Assembly: GCF_032191835.1 (NCBI RefSeq) | Contig: NC_083228.1 | Span: forward strand, 93,868,001 to 93,932,000 | Length of the DNA: 64,000 nucleotides | Source: Heteronotia binoei | Lineage: Eukaryota | Reading direction: 5' to 3' | Shown here: in pieces, positions 1 to 14,052 of the stretch | How the letters are laid out: each line of letters begins with the position of its first letter | Numbering within the stretch: the first letter of the stretch is position 1 | The notes under the pieces: generated by a model | Databases searched by the model: none | What the model was told of the DNA's origin: nothing | Seen by the model: only the letters and a program-made list of their open reading frames with translations | Program-made: the position numbers and the translations under genes

Positions 1-2449
1 GTACAAGAGTTTGCTGAGATCTGAAATAAAGCCAGTTGTGACAACACAATCTTCAGTATGGTTCTTCTAAACTAAGCCTGCTGGCTTCAATGGGATTTAC
101 TCCTGGTAAGTGTACATAAGATTGCAACCAAGGTCTGTTCAGCAGTCTCTTAAGATTATATCATAAGACTGAGATTTTTAAATATGAAAACTTTATGGCT
201 CCAGACCACAGAGGTTTTCACTCTGCAACAGGAAAGCTGCAGCAGGGAACATGAACACATAATCACTGTTACCAAACTTCTTTTTAGATCACAGTGTCAT
301 CTGTGTATACTTGCAGTGAACAAACACCAATCTTTCCCATGTAGTACCTGAACTTGAAATCCCTATTTCAACTTCTCTTTGAATCTTATTTGCAATGAGT
401 TGCTGAGAGAAACTTTTACAGTAATAAGGAACAGTTATGCTGGCTATTACCAAAACACTGTAGAAAATAAGCAATTGCATGACTAATCTCTTAGTTATAA
501 GAAAGAAGCCTCATTAATGATTACAGTACCAGGGAGAAAACACTGTGAGACAGAAAGAATACAATCTTTTTTTTTTTTTTTAAACATCCTCTTATAGCAG
601 ATGTGTGAAATTGGGGAGGGGGAGTTTTAGATTGTGATAAACTGATAGCATTGGTCAAAAATAAATATTTGCCTTTTCTTTTGATGTTTACAAATCTTTT
701 TTCTATTTCCAGGCAAGATAATCAAATTACAGTTTAACTATAGCACCCTTTGGTAATAGCCTTTTTGATTTCCAAGTTCTCTCTGTGATATTCTAGTTAC
801 AAACAATCATTTATGGCCAAGACAGTCACAAAACTAAGCAAGTAAAGCAACTTGGTAATCCACTGAACCCTTTTCTATAGACTTCACCAAAGTATCTTTG
901 AAAAGATAATGTCTCCATTTCATAGTCTGCCCCTCAGGAACCAATCTTTTTTTATACATATAACTCTTTACCCCCTGTCACCATAGCAGTGACACGAGTT
1001 AATTACTGTCAAAAGGTTACACTTCAATTTACCATAGCTGAAAAGTCATTACTTCCAATACAGCAAAGCCATTCTGATATCTTAGAGTATGTGGTGAGGG
1101 ATGAAGTAATTAACTTGTGTCAGTTCCACAATGCATTCAGAAGTGAATAGTTCTTTCAGGCAATGGCTTGTTAACAAATTAAGCCGAATGATCATATGAA
1201 CAATGTATTGTGGGTCTTTTTCTGTTCCCCTCCTCATTTCAATCTCTATACTTAAACCTAAATAAATTGCTACTTATAGTAACACACTGTATTTGTTTCC
1301 CCCTTCCCCTGAAGAAACTGAAATTCTGAATGTTACAGTAATATTAGCCATGTTGACCCTACCAATCTAACTCTGCAATGTATGTGGTTGATTCCAAGGA
1401 GTTTTAACTAGCTCCTTAGTAGCTCTCTGTTCTCCTTAACATGCCGAAAGGATAATTTTAATGAATGCAATTGAAGAATCATGATAAAATTGTAAATGGT
1501 AAAATGCATACACATTTTTTTCCTTACCAAAATATATATATTCTGACTCCCTACAATATGATTTTTTTCCCCTTTGGGCTTTAGTCATGATGGTTTTGGT
1601 AGGTAATATAATTTACGCAGTATATATCCATTAAAATCATAGCATGTGAAAAATCATGAGGTCCTGCTAGCCTATGTGCCCATTAAATAATACAAGAGAC
1701 TTTGACTGTTCTGTGAGGAGTTCAGACTTGACATGGCAAGTCAGATTAATCATCTAGCTAGCTAGAGTTCTATCCCCAACAGAGTCCATAACCAAACCTT
1801 CAGAAATAAACTCCTGTTTAAATTTGTATTTGTGTGCCCTGTACTTCTTATACTGCTTATTTTGCTGGAGTTATTCTATTGTCTAGAGGGTACCAGAAGT
1901 TCCGGAACACATCATATATTTTCTGTTGATCTATATACCTCAAGCATGGCATGGAAATTGAAGCCTTCCTGTTTTGGCACATATTGCAGTTTGTTGTGAT
2001 TGCCATATCAGACAGTTCAACAAACTGTGGTTTATACATAATATTCAGACTTTCAAGAGCAGTTCAGAGGGCAAACTCTATGGCATCACATCCCAGCTGA
2101 GCCCCCTTCCTTTCCCAAACTCCAGCTTCCCCAACCTCTGCCCCCAAACCTCCAGGAACTTTCCAGTTTAGAGTAGGCAGCCCTCATGACAAGCTCCAGC
2201 AGTTAGGGGGAGATAGGATGATCCCGTCCCTAAGTGCTGTTATACTTGCAAAATGTAGGATGCAAACCTTGATTTGAAAGCAAGAGAACAAATTAGTTTA
2301 CTATTTCAGTTGATCTGGACATTGCAGTAAATTACAATTTGCTCCAAACCAGGAAGAAAGGGGAAGAGAGCACATTAGCCAAAAAAATTCCTGGCTTGTT
2401 TTTGTCAGCCATGATTTGTTCATGATATCCAAACAGAGCCTAAAATTTT

Positions 2450-2690
2450 GTTCAGTGAAGCTCTATGGTAGAGCATCTACATGGCATGCAGAAGGTTCCA
2501 GGTTCAATCCCCAGCATCTTCAGATCTGACAGTAGATGATGTGGAAGATCTCTGCCTGAGACCCTGGAAAGCTGCTTCCAGTCTGAGTAGACAATATGGA
2601 CCAAGGGTCTAATAGACAATATGGACCAAGGGTCTAATAGAGTAGACAATATGGACCAAGGGTCTAATTCACTATAAGGAAGTTTCATGT
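2450..2690 (+). mobile_element. tRNA-derived SINE with a CR1-like tail containing a local triplication
   Basis: A-box-like tggtagagc and B-box ggttcaatccc; tail agtagacaat...ggaccaagggtct...ataagg, with a 25-bp unit present three times. Confidence 0.75.
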
Positions 2691-5600
2691 GAATAGTGCT
2701 ATAGCTGTAATTTTTTTCTTTCAGATACAATATCTGTTCTAATGTTCTTTCCTGGGTTGATATGATACATGATCCTAAATTTTTATAGTTCTATTATTAT
2801 TCATAATGAAAAAACACAGTCAAAAAAGTTTGAATGATATGTAGTTATGCAGGTGTAAGTTCTGAGTTCAAGAACTTCAGCACTTCTCTTGTACCATTGG
2901 CAAGAGTAGGTTATTCTCTCAGTTACACAAACGGTTAATTTTTTATGGCAGGTTAAAAAAGGACATCTGTTTGTCATCTCAAAGCTGATGAAATATCATT
3001 TTCTTATTCTTTTTCTCTCTCATTCTAACAAACTCTAAGTGCTTGTGAAGTCTGGCTGCATTTGGCTGGGCTCAGGTGGTATATCAGCCCTATGGTTCAT
3101 CATTAATTTTTATGATGCAGGTGGTTTTGCCTCATCTGTTGGACCTATAAATAAGTTTCAGTTGGGATGTCTCTTTTATTTAAACATACTGTCTAGATGA
3201 AGTTGCCCAAGTGAATTCAGAAGTCTGCGGACAGACTTGACCAGTGTCTGTAGTCTCTTGAAAAGAATACTATTTCATCTCAATGCTATCTTAAATCATG
3301 ATACTTTGAACATTTGTCAGTATTCTGTGCTTTCCTTGATTGTATGTCGGGGGGGGGGGGGATAGATATTTCCACAAGTGATGCTACAGCCACTTGCATT
3401 GTGTATGACAATTTTTCAAACTTGTGAATGTGGTTCATGAAGCATCTTGCATGGGCAACAGCCATGCTAAATTAATTTCCCCCCCCAACAGCAGTCTCCA
3501 GAAATAGTCAGTGGTGTTTATTTTTCCCATTTATGCAAACAGATGTGGTCGTAAAGACAAATATTATTGATTGTGAGAAACGTAACTGTTTCCATGGCAA
3601 AGCTTCCTTTATCAGATATAGGGTCTGTTCAGACGCACAGTTTAATCAGTTGTCACTGCTGTTTCCTACTGGATTAAAAGTGACTGATCAGACAGCAACA
3701 TATGCCTTCCGGTAGTCAATCGTTGTCGCTCCCCCCAATCCTTCTCCAAACTGGATTATTTTGTTACCTGCTCCTTTGTGGTATTTTTTGAGTTACCCAG
3801 TTTCACCTTGTAGTTTTCTCCATCTTGATAGCTCTGCTGCGTTATTAGCTGACTTCTGGATGTCTGAAGGCTGTTCCAGAGCAAAAGGAGCCTCAGACAT
3901 CCAGTTTACAGTCAGCATTTTTACTACTTAGTGATATGCGTATAATCACATCATGTTTTCTGACCTATTTGCATATGTGCATAAGCACATTATCTGCATA
4001 CGCGCATAATGTGCTTGTGCTCATAATGTGCTTATGCACATAATAGTGGGGGAAACAAACAAAAAAAAACCCTGCATGGTGCCATCATGTGGACAGCAGA
4101 AGACAGTTTCACCACAGAGTGATTCGAATTCAAGTATGGCAGTCTGATCGATAATATTCAGAACAAAGATATCGGAACAGAACTGGGTCAGTTTAACATG
4201 GATTCAACACACTGTGTGAGCAGGGTCAATATCAAAGAAAGGGAGCTTTCTGTCTCGAAAGTTTATACCTTGAACATTTGAGGTTCTACTGGATTTGTAA
4301 CTAGTTCTTCAATTACAGATCAACATAGCTACCCCTCTAAGACAATAACAGTATTAAAATGTTTAAAAGCCAACTCATCCAGGATATAATTAATATAACT
4401 AAAATCTCTTTTTGGATCTAATAGTGTTTGTGCCATCTCAAAGAAAGTTCAATGAAGTATATAAAACTTTCCCCTCTAAATTATCAGGTCCAGAATCTCC
4501 TTTAGCAACTTTCTGCTTTTCTGTCTTTCTCTCTGAACCACCTTTTCCTATACAGTGTTTAAGGCTGATCTTCTTAGATAGGAACAAATTATACTGGCTA
4601 CATACTGTCATTTTTCTGATTATCTGCACAGAACATTCTATTTTGGCCTTTCATCTTTCTTTTTAATTCCCCCCCCCATGGTTTGTCCTAAAATTATATT
4701 TGAATAAGTATTATAAAACATGACATTTTACCTCTGGAACTATATTTTCCTGCACTGTTCAATATGGTATTTCATTATATGTTTGACTGAATGAGCATTG
4801 CAGTCATATATGTCCCCCAACATATGTGGCTTATTTGGTTAGAGTGAGATGGGAGGCATGAAATGCTGGTTTCTGAAATAAACTGCTGCTCCCCTGGTTA
4901 TATAACCTATCAAGCTTCTATATATTCTGGCATTTTATCAAAACATATACAAATAAATACATATTAAATATATATTGAATATTAAATAATTTTGTAGCCA
5001 AGTAAATAAGAGCGGTAGAGAGAAAATATGCAGTCTCTGTTGAGTGGAGAAAGTCAGAGGTCAAAAAGCGTCATGAGCATCCCTTGATATCATTTTCCTC
5101 CCATGTACAGTAAAAATGCTTTTCTCTGCCCCCTGTCAAGAGGAAAACAAACCTCACCCCATTGCGAATGCCATGATAGCCCCAGCTCTAGCTGGACCTT
5201 TACCCTTTTATCTTAAGAAGTCCTATATAGCAGGCATACTAGTGGGCCAACTGCTCAGGTATTCTCCTGCAGAGTTTTCTTCTGAAAGGTGAAAGCAGGC
5301 TGAGGGAGGAACCAGGCATCCAAGGAAGATGTCAGCTGCCAGCACCTGACATCAGAAGCTTAGAATGACTGAAAGCATCAAGCTGGCTGGCTGGAGTGTC
5401 ACGTGCCCCAAAATATAGGGGCATAATGATTGATGTGGTAGGTGCTTGCCCTCTGAGCAATGCTGGTTAACTGAGAATTCTAGATGTTCAAATACTCAGT
5501 CCTAAGGATTATAAAAAGTGCATAGACAATCACAGTCTATGCAGGCTACTGTGCAATGTGAATTATGTGCCGGTGACTCTATATCAAGAGTAATAAAGTA

Positions 5601-6395
5601 ACAACAGTAGGTCTCAGACTGTCCCAAAGGTGCCATCTGAGCATAAACATTTCAAATCTGTAAATAATGTTCACTTGCCTGTTTCATTCCCCAAATCTGA
5701 TCAAAATGTTTCTTACTTGGGATTAATCCCAAATGATTAATTTCCTTGGTGTGAAATGGTTTTCTCTTTCTTTGAGCAGTCAGACATTTTCAATCTAACA
5801 GCAAAAAAGAAAGATCCCACCATACCAAAGTTCTACAGCACCACAAAATGTTTTAAATTGTATTTTATTGGTTTTAAATTGTACTATAGAACTGATTGTT
5901 AGCCGCTCTGAGTCTGCTTGTGGAGAGGGCAGGATAGAAATTGAAATAAATAAATAAATTCAGGTTTTATTTCAGGCATTCCTTTCTAAATGACATATTG
6001 CAATGCATATAAAAACAAACTGGTAGAAAGATAGTTTGATAATGTATCATCAGCTAATAGTACATTGCCTTATATGAGTTTTGCCATTCCCAGCAACAAA
6101 TTTTAGATTATATTTCTATTTAGTTGATTATTTGTTTTTAGAACAATCATATTACTGTAGAATTACAAATTTAGTTTGAAATATAATAATTTGATGTTTA
6201 AAATAAGGAGCTTTCTGTCACATGCGGGGTGGGTGGGGGAAATAAGACTTTGTATGCCATGTTTCCTATGTGTATGTTTTTTACAGCTGATTTATATGCC
6301 TCTAAAAATAGCAGCTTGGAATAAATGGCATTAGAAAGTTAGGCATAATGGTGAATGCCCTAGTAACTGTGCTTAAGCCATTTTTTAATTGAAAG

Positions 6396-6589
6396 CAGTG
6401 TTCCCTCTAAGCTGAGTTAGTGTGAGCTAGCTCACAGATTTTTAGCCACCAGCTCACACATTTTTGTCTTAGCTCAGGAAGGATGAACCCAGAGCACACT
6501 AGTTTATGCAGTGGCTCACAACTTTAATGCCAGTAGCACACAAAGTAGAATTTTTGCTCACAAGACTCTGCAGTTTAGAGGAAACATTG
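6396..6589. mobile_element. hAT-type MITE
   Basis: TIRs cagtgttccctctaagctg / cagtttagaggaaacattg; 8-bp TSD ATTGAAAG on both sides. Confidence 0.88.
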
Positions 6590-6735
6590 ATTGAAAGTCT
6601 GGATCATAAAATGGCAATTGGTATGCTCACTGTGTCAGCTTTGAAAGACAATGAAAGATCATAAATAAATACCTATGAAGGCATTATTATCAGTGATGAT
6701 TGGCACTTCTTTTTTCTTTTCTTTTTTTTAAATAG

Positions 6736-6902
6736 GAGGTGAAGTCACTAAACCCAGATTTGCTCAGTATTTCCGTGGCAGTCTTGCAAGCCTCACGATC
6801 CGACCAGGCAAGATTGAAAGTCAGAAAGTGATTTCCTGTTTGCAGGCTTGTAAGGAAGGTCTGGATATTAACTCCCTGGAGAGTCTTGGCCAAGGAATAA
6901 AG
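6736..6902 (+). CDS. CLSTN2: Calsyntenin-2 coding exon; first CLSTN2 exon found in the window, upstream exons lie outside it
   Basis: Acceptor ttttaaatag, donor AAG|gtgagg. Encodes (G)GEVTKPRFAQYFRGSLASLTIRPGKIESQKVISCLQACKEGLDINSLESLGQGIK, matching the recalled calsyntenin-2 segment after the LamG domain. 167 nt, phase 1 in, phase 0 out. Confidence 0.95.
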
Positions 6903-7769
6903 GTGAGGGATGAACTGACTTCATCTTTGATAACATTTAAAGCTGATTTACAAAGTGGAAAGCAGAAGACAGAGTACAAATGTACTCCCAGAAGCAATGT
7001 CATTTGCCATAAAGTCATGCAAGGAAAGTGTGGAACCAAAGAGGGGGTGTAGCACCAAAAAGAATAATGCTGCCATTATTTCTAGTATAAACCTACAGAA
7101 GCTAGATACCAAGGATTTTTTCCAGGTCATTTTCTCAATGTAACTAGTATTCTGTATGGTAACTGGTTCTTTTTCTATCAGATGCAGCACTGTTTGGGGG
7201 CGGGGGGTTGGCAGTCCTTGTGTCAAGAGGTATGTGTGTGTTGGTTAGCATCTGGGAAATTACTATGATTTTAAAAATCCAGCATGTTTTTAAAAAAGTA
7301 TGCTTGAATCCAGTAAGCAGCCCTCCCCCAGCTGCATCTTGTGCCATGTCCCATATAATTCTGAATAGTTTCCTGGCCCACAGGAATGGGAGTAGAGTTG
7401 GGGATTGCAAGGGATTCCACTCACACATGCTTTGGTCCAAATAAACAATGCATGGTTAAACAACTCTTCTTTATAAGTATTTCACAACTCTTCTTTATAA
7501 GTATTAAAGAAAACTGCAAGATATGGAAGGTAGTCATTTCAATACACAGAAGAACAAACTACAAATAAAGATCCTTAACTGAAACTCTGATTTACATTCT
7601 TCCAAAATGGCATGCATTCTTTGTGCTTGGTTCCCTTTGTATGCTCAATCTGTGATACTACATAGAGAAGGCTCTGGATCATTTTAATGGAAGGTCTATT
7701 GATGCCACTATAATAGTATACCCTTGACTGAAGAACAGTATACTCCTCCTATCTGGGATGGTTGTACTT

Positions 7770-7897
7770 NNNNNNNNNNNNNNNNNNNNNNNNNNNNNNN
7801 NNNNNNNNNNNNNNNNNNNNNNNNNNNNNNNNNNNNNNNNNNNNNNNNNNNNNNNNNNNNNNNNNNNNNNNNNNNNNNNNNNNNNNNNNNNNNNNNN
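7770..7897. other. Assembly gap
   Basis: Run of N. Other gaps are at 26143-26279, 35971-36374, 36833-37133 and 47675-47837. Confidence 1.
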
Positions 7898-8015
7898 GAT
7901 TGCCCTCACATCCCGCTATAATCACTTATGATATTTTGTATGTATATTGTTGTTATAAACTGTATGCTATAAAACATATATTGTATAACTGTAAAACATA
8001 TAAACATCTAAGATG

Positions 8016-8192
8016 CAGGGCTTTTTTTTGTAGCAGGAACTCCTTTGCATATTAGGCTACACACCCCTGATGTAGCCAGTCCTCCTGGAGCTTACAGGAC
8101 AATTATTACAGGGCCCACTGTAAACTCCAGGAGGACTGTCTACATCAGGGAAGTGTGGCCTAATACGCAAAGGAGTTCCTGCCACAAAAAAG
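8016..8192. mobile_element. hAT-type fold-back MITE
   Basis: Palindromic body, starts cagggcttttttt; 8-bp TSD CTAAGATG (8008-8015 and 8193-8200). Confidence 0.85.
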
Positions 8193-9470
8193 CTAAGATG
8201 GAACTGGTACTAGTCATGTTAGTTGTAAAATTTCAAAGACCTAATAATGGATTTCTATAAATGCAATAGTATCCAAAATTAAACAAGATTTTTAAAGTAT
8301 CTTTTATACTGGAATAGTGTAAGCACTTAATAACCTCTTTCCATAAATACATAAAAATATAACAGCTAAAGTCATATTTATTCAACAAAAATTAGAATTA
8401 CTTTGTAGAAATGCCTGTCTGGAAGGAAATGTGTATAAGTAGATATGTTATTTATTAAAAATTTCTCATGCCTCTGCCAGCTCTTATTTCTCCAATGATC
8501 AATAGAGAAACAATTTCTGTTACTGTTGTCCTGTTTGAAGCCTACTATTCTTTGAAGCCTACTTAAGGAATGCCAGGGTTGCTTGTCTTCAGTTTTGCTT
8601 CCAACAGTTGATCCAGTATGGACAAGAAGCTGTCTGTGTGATCTAGCTGTGGGATGCGAAAAAATGAATGCAAGAGTTTAATTTTTTTCAGTTTCAAAAC
8701 ATTTTCAATCTCAGATCTACAAGCTGGTAGGGTGCAAGTTTCTTCTTTCGTTTTTACCTTTTCAGCTGTTTTGAGAGTCAGAGTGACAGCAGGAGGCCGA
8801 AATGAAAGAAGCTGTCAGAGAGAGGTCTCATACAGTGCTTTCTAGTTGGCATGACAGTGACAGGTCTTGATGAAAAACCACAGTTGCCCTTAGAGTGAAA
8901 CAAAACATTAATATAGACGGTTCCCAATTTTTTTAAAAAATAGCTATATACAAATTGTACTTCTACATAAAACTGTATACTGATCATGAATGTGCAATTG
9001 TGTTCTCTACAAAAAAGGCATTACGATTGCACTGATAATAGCCTGTTTAAATAGCCAATCTCTCTGCACTGATTTGTATCATATGTATCTGTTATAATTT
9101 CAATAAACTCAACAGTAAACATATAGAACAAATTTTTACAACTGCTGTTTTGCAATCCTAAAGAAATGACAAATTAAAATTCAAAAAGACATGTCCACAT
9201 GGACACCACAGCATAAACAGCCTTACGCTAACATTCAGTGCCATCCTAAGTTACATCTTGCTTGAGGTGGCAGTACTGATTGCCTTTTTTGCTTCCTTCG
9301 GGACAGTGCTTGAAAGCCAACTATGCTACTTTCACAGTTCATGCAGTTTAAGAGCCTTTGAACCCTTGCTGTGGTGAGGTGAACTTATTCAATCTGAAGC
9401 ACCAGACATTTGGGCTGCAGAGATTTAGGGCCAAACTACATGTTACATTTTTGACAAGTTGGGTCCAGGT

Positions 9471-9979
9471 TAGGGTTGCCAAGTCCAATTCAAGAAATAT
9501 CTGGGGACTTTTGGGGTGGAGCCTGGAGACATTGAGGTGGAGCCAGGAGCAAGGTTGTGACAAGCATAACTGAACTCCAAAGGGAGTTCTGGCCATCACA
9601 TTTAAAGGGACCACACACTTTTTAAATGCCTTCCCTCCACTGGAAATAATGAAGGACAGAGACACCTTCTTTTTAGGCTCATAGAATTGGACCCCCTGGT
9701 GCAATCTTTTTGAAACCTGGAGGGTATTTTGGGGAGAGGCACTGGATGCTATGGTGCAAGTTTGGTGCCTCTACCTCAAAACACAGCCCCCTCCAGAGCC
9801 CCAGATTCCAGCAGGTCAATTCTCTGTTATACCCTATGGGTATTGGTCTCCATAGAGAATAATGGAGTGCCCAGCAGATGTTTCCCTTCCCTGCCCCTGC
9901 TTTCTGATGACCCTGAAGTGGGGGGGAGGGACTCCAAACCAGGGGATCCCCTGCACCTACCTGAGGACTGGCAACCCTA
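9471..9979. mobile_element. hAT-type non-autonomous transposon
   Basis: TIRs TAGGGTTGCCA / TGGCAACCCTA; 8-bp TSD GTCCAGGT. Confidence 0.9.
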
Positions 9980-12103
9980 GTCCAGGTTGCCTGTCTTGGG
10001 TTTCCCAGACCCAACTCACTTTCCTTGCAATCACACAGCAGCTGCAGAGAAAGGCATTTTAAAATTCCCCAGCAGACCAACTGGAGTTTGGATGACAGTG
10101 TGGGGTGATCAGGGACTCCTGCCTTTTCTGCCTGTGCCACTTTCATGAGAGAAACTTGTCCAAAAATGTAATGTATAGAAGTAATGAAATGCCTCACCTA
10201 GTCCAGTTATAATTGGATAGATATGCCATACCAATCTGGCTAGTTGTAAAAAATGCTAGTTTATACACATCGATGGTGCCATGTTGTCAACCATCTAGTT
10301 GCTGGTTTGACAATGTATTCAGAGTTTATTTATTGCTGTTAGCTAAAAGCAGTTACAACTTTAACACAAGAAATGACAGAAATTAAAGGAGGGAAATACA
10401 AGAAAAATACAAGAACTAAGCAGACCTCAAAAGAATTAAGCAGATCTGGAACTTACAGTAGGCCCTGTACTAAGGCCCTGTAAACTCTTGGAGGATTGGC
10501 TACATCAGGGGTGTGTGGCCTAATATACAAAAGAGTTCCTGCTACAAAAAAGTCACCCATCCACACATACACACACACACACATACACACACAAAGCACA
10601 GTCAAAACATTGGGCAGAAAGAAGGGATACTAGGGGAAGGTCAAATATAACAAAAAAAAAGTCTTCTTTTGCTGACAGAAGATGGCAACAGAAGAGAACA
10701 GAAAAATCTCTCTGGGAAGCAGGGCAGGGCCAACCCTGCTGGGGAGGGGGTGCCACCATTTGGGTGCCATGACCAAGAAGCCCTTCTCCTGGATTGCCTT
10801 CCACTTTAGAAGATGGGGGCACCCAAAGCAAGGCCTCCAAAGATGACCATAGTGGGTCAGGTAGATTTATAAGGGACTAGGTGGTCCTTCAGATGCATCT
10901 TCTTGTGAATTAATCATCTTCTTCCCAGCTGATCTTCCCAGTTTTTAACTGAGCCACATAAGGCTAATTAGCATTTTTTAAGCTATGGTTAATCTTTGTA
11001 CAGGTACTTATACTATAAAGTCAGTACCAAGGTTGACTGGAAGCTGATTTGCATGGTAGCATATGAAAGCATGCTTCCAATTAAAACAAGGAACTATAAC
11101 TAAAGTAGCCTCACAGAACTTTCATATCTCATCCAGCTTGGCCTATAGGAAAAGAGTTTGGCCATGCCTTGTAACCCATAGCACAAGTTTCAGTCCAGTT
11201 TAATGGTCAGCCTTTCTACCCAGTTAGTGCCTTAGGAAAGATGAATAAAATACCTGCAGTCTTCCTCTCACTTCTGAAAATATAGCCTAGTCTACACATG
11301 CAGTTGAATGAAGTGGTGGAATCCTGATGCAGTACAGTGGACTATTCTGCATGAGATTACAACTGAGTTATATTATTTAAAATAAATTTTTAAAATGTGC
11401 ATGTTAAAAACCAAATCAAACCAAAAGGTTGTAGCCTACCTTGTTTACTACTGTACACATATTCTATCTTATAGGGAGTGGTTTTATATATGTGTTGATT
11501 CAAATCTGGTTGCATTCGCATGTAGTACAATCTATTTTTACCATATCAGAATTCCTATCACTTTGTTCATGTGCTTATACTATAATGTCAGTACCAAGAT
11601 TGATCTGGTTGACCAGCAGCTGATTTTCCTAGTAGCATATGTGAAAGCATGCTTCCAATTAAAACAAGGAACTATAACCAAATTAGCCTACAGAAAACAT
11701 ATTAAATTCCTGAACTAGGCAGGATATTTGTGTGGATCATGCAGAGATATACTGACCCTCATATGTCATCATAATGAGCTGCAGTTACAGCTAAAACTCA
11801 ATAGTTAAATATGAACAGTAGGGAAAATCATCTTGATTCACAGTAGCTATACTGACTTCTAATTTTCTTTTTCTGTTAATTATAGCTACAATAACTACAA
11901 AACGTGTGGTAGATTAGTGCCTGGTGGGTGCTTGTTCTTAAAAGGCTTAATGTACAGAACAAATATTAGCTAATAAAATTATAGTTTTTTTTAACTTTAA
12001 TAGGAATTTAACTGGTCTTTAAAAAGCATTCTTTAGAAATCTGTTATTCTAAGCATTCTGTATATCATCCCCAAATACTAATTTTATAATCCCCCCCCAC
12101 CAG

Positions 12104-12252
12104 TATCACTTCAATCCTTCTCAGTCAGTACTTGTTATGGAAGGAGATGACATTGAGAATATAAATCAAGCTCTCGAAAAGGTCTCCTATATCAACTCAA
12201 GACAGTTTCCTACTTCAGGCATTCGCCGTCTAAAAGTCTCATCCAAAGTCCA
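12104..12252 (+). CDS. CLSTN2: Calsyntenin-2 coding exon
   Basis: Acceptor ccccccccaccag, donor CA|gtaagt. Encodes YHFNPSQSVLVMEGDDIENINQALEKVSYINSRQFPTSGIRRLKVSSKV(Q). 149 nt, phase 0 to 2, continues the previous exon in frame. Confidence 0.95.
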
Positions 12253-12919
12253 GTAAGTTAAATCCATTAAGGTTGAATAATCTAGCTATATTTTGGTAAA
12301 TTGCATGTTACTTTGACTTTTAATAATGAAATAGAAATAAATATCAGAGTTGGGAATTTACTTAATTGGCTAATGTTTTTAAGAATTGCATTTAGTTTCA
12401 CAAAGAAATAATTTCAGCTATGCCATCATTTCCTTATTCCTGCATGCCCACTGACTTCTGGGTGTGCATCAAATGGGATCCTGGTGCATTCAGTGTAAAG
12501 GGATGATTAGGTTCTTGATGGACTTTTAACAAGATAGCTGTATCAAGCTCATTAAATATCAGTTTGAGTACCTAATGTAAAATGTATAACAATTAGAAAC
12601 CATCTAATCACCTTTTAATTATTGACTGTTTGTTATATGTTGCTTAACGGTTTGAATGTTATATATGCAGTGACCTTGCCAAAGATCCATGCCTGTCAAT
12701 GATATGCTTGGCTAGTCATATAATTGTGCTCCTCATGTTCACATGGGCCTCAGAACAGTTCCATAACTCATCAATGAGCAGGCACAACAAGGGAAATATC
12801 CTAGGGGAGAAATTTATCCACTGGACAAACTGTTGTTCTTTAGAGTTTGTATTTCCACAAACGGGAAGAATCTGTGCTAAAGCCTCTTCCATGAAGTTAA
12901 TAAATAATATATTTTTCAG

Positions 12920-13146
12920 ATGTTTTGGTGAAGATATCTGCATTAGTATCCCAGATATAGATGCCTATGTAATGGTGTTTCAGGCCAAGGAGCCCAAGAT
13001 TACAATAAGTGGAATGGATCATTTTGCAAGACCGGCTACACAATTTGAAAATGAGAGAGGTGTGAATCTCTTACCAGATATCAGAATTGTCAGCACAGTC
13101 ACCAAAATGGAACATCCTCCTGACTTTAAAGAATCTACGGATAGAG
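12920..13146 (+). CDS. CLSTN2: Calsyntenin-2 coding exon
   Basis: Acceptor atttttcag, donor AG|gtttgt. Encodes CFGEDICISIPDIDAYVMVFQAKEPKITISGMDHFARPATQFENERGVNLLPDIRIVSTVTKMEHPPDFKESTDR. 227 nt, phase 2 to 1. Confidence 0.94.
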
Positions 13147-14052
13147 GTTTGTAGGTTTTGTTTTAAGATTAGTTACAGCTTCTGTGACAGCAGTTACTCA
13201 GCCACAGGGAGCAAAGTAAAGAATGATACCCTGCTGAGAAGCTTCTCTATTGTATGTTTAATATAGAGGAGCAAACCCAGCTAAGATTGCTGCAGGTGTG
13301 ATTGGAGTTATGTAGTCTTCTATAATCCAATAAAAGATGCTTCTACAAAAGAAGGCTAGAGATAAGTACACTGAAATGCAATTGGTTGTGCAAGCAAATG
13401 TTCTTTCCCTTTTTCAGATTTACTATATATATGCAATATATTTTGTAGACTTGGAATATATTGTAAACTTAGTCTATTCACTGATGCATTAATATTCCAT
13501 CCTTCAACAAAGAACAGTTGCTGGGCAGGTTCAAAAAGTTAATTAGAAGATACAAAGTACAGTGGATAATAATAGTCACAGGAGACCCGTTGCATTAATG
13601 GCAAACAAATCTTATCTGTTTTTCTAGTTGGTCAAATAATAACCTTCTGGTTTACAAAGAGTATTAATGAAAGCATATATAATCACATAGATCCATACAA
13701 ATTAAAGTGTTCATGTAACAGTTTACAGTCTTTCAGTTGATATAATCATTCATCTATCGACAAAAGATTGTCTATGCATTATTGTTGTCTCATAGTTATT
13801 CAGTTGACTGGTTTAGAGGATAACTGTAGTAGATTATAATAAATCTGTAAAAAAGGAAGATGCACAAACACAGATAGAAAGTAGGGCTTTTGGAGATATA
13901 TGAAGAGACTATGTGGGATAGTAAACCTTTACGAAGGCTGTCCTGCAAGACAATAGTGGCTAGCCATCAGTACCATGTCACTCCTATTCTGAAGTCCCAT
14001 AATTGGCTGACAATTAGTTTCAATGTCTATTTCATGGTATTGGTGCTCACAG

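Noticed and set aside
2450-2520. tRNA gene
   Set aside because: It has A/B-box-like motifs but no complete cloverleaf, and it continues into a SINE body and tail. The same applies to the heads at 21630, 40590 and 42084.
1-6735. An additional upstream CLSTN2 exon
   Set aside because: I found no segment encoding the expected preceding peptide (ending ...GACWQG) with splice sites, so it presumably lies before the window.
7460-7505. 24-bp tandem duplication (also short ones near 8535, 38560 and 52495)
   Set aside because: Ordinary replication-slippage duplications with no further structure.
12699-13154. 151-aa ORF as a standalone gene
   Set aside because: Only 12920-13146 is the CLSTN2 exon; the rest is intronic read-through.
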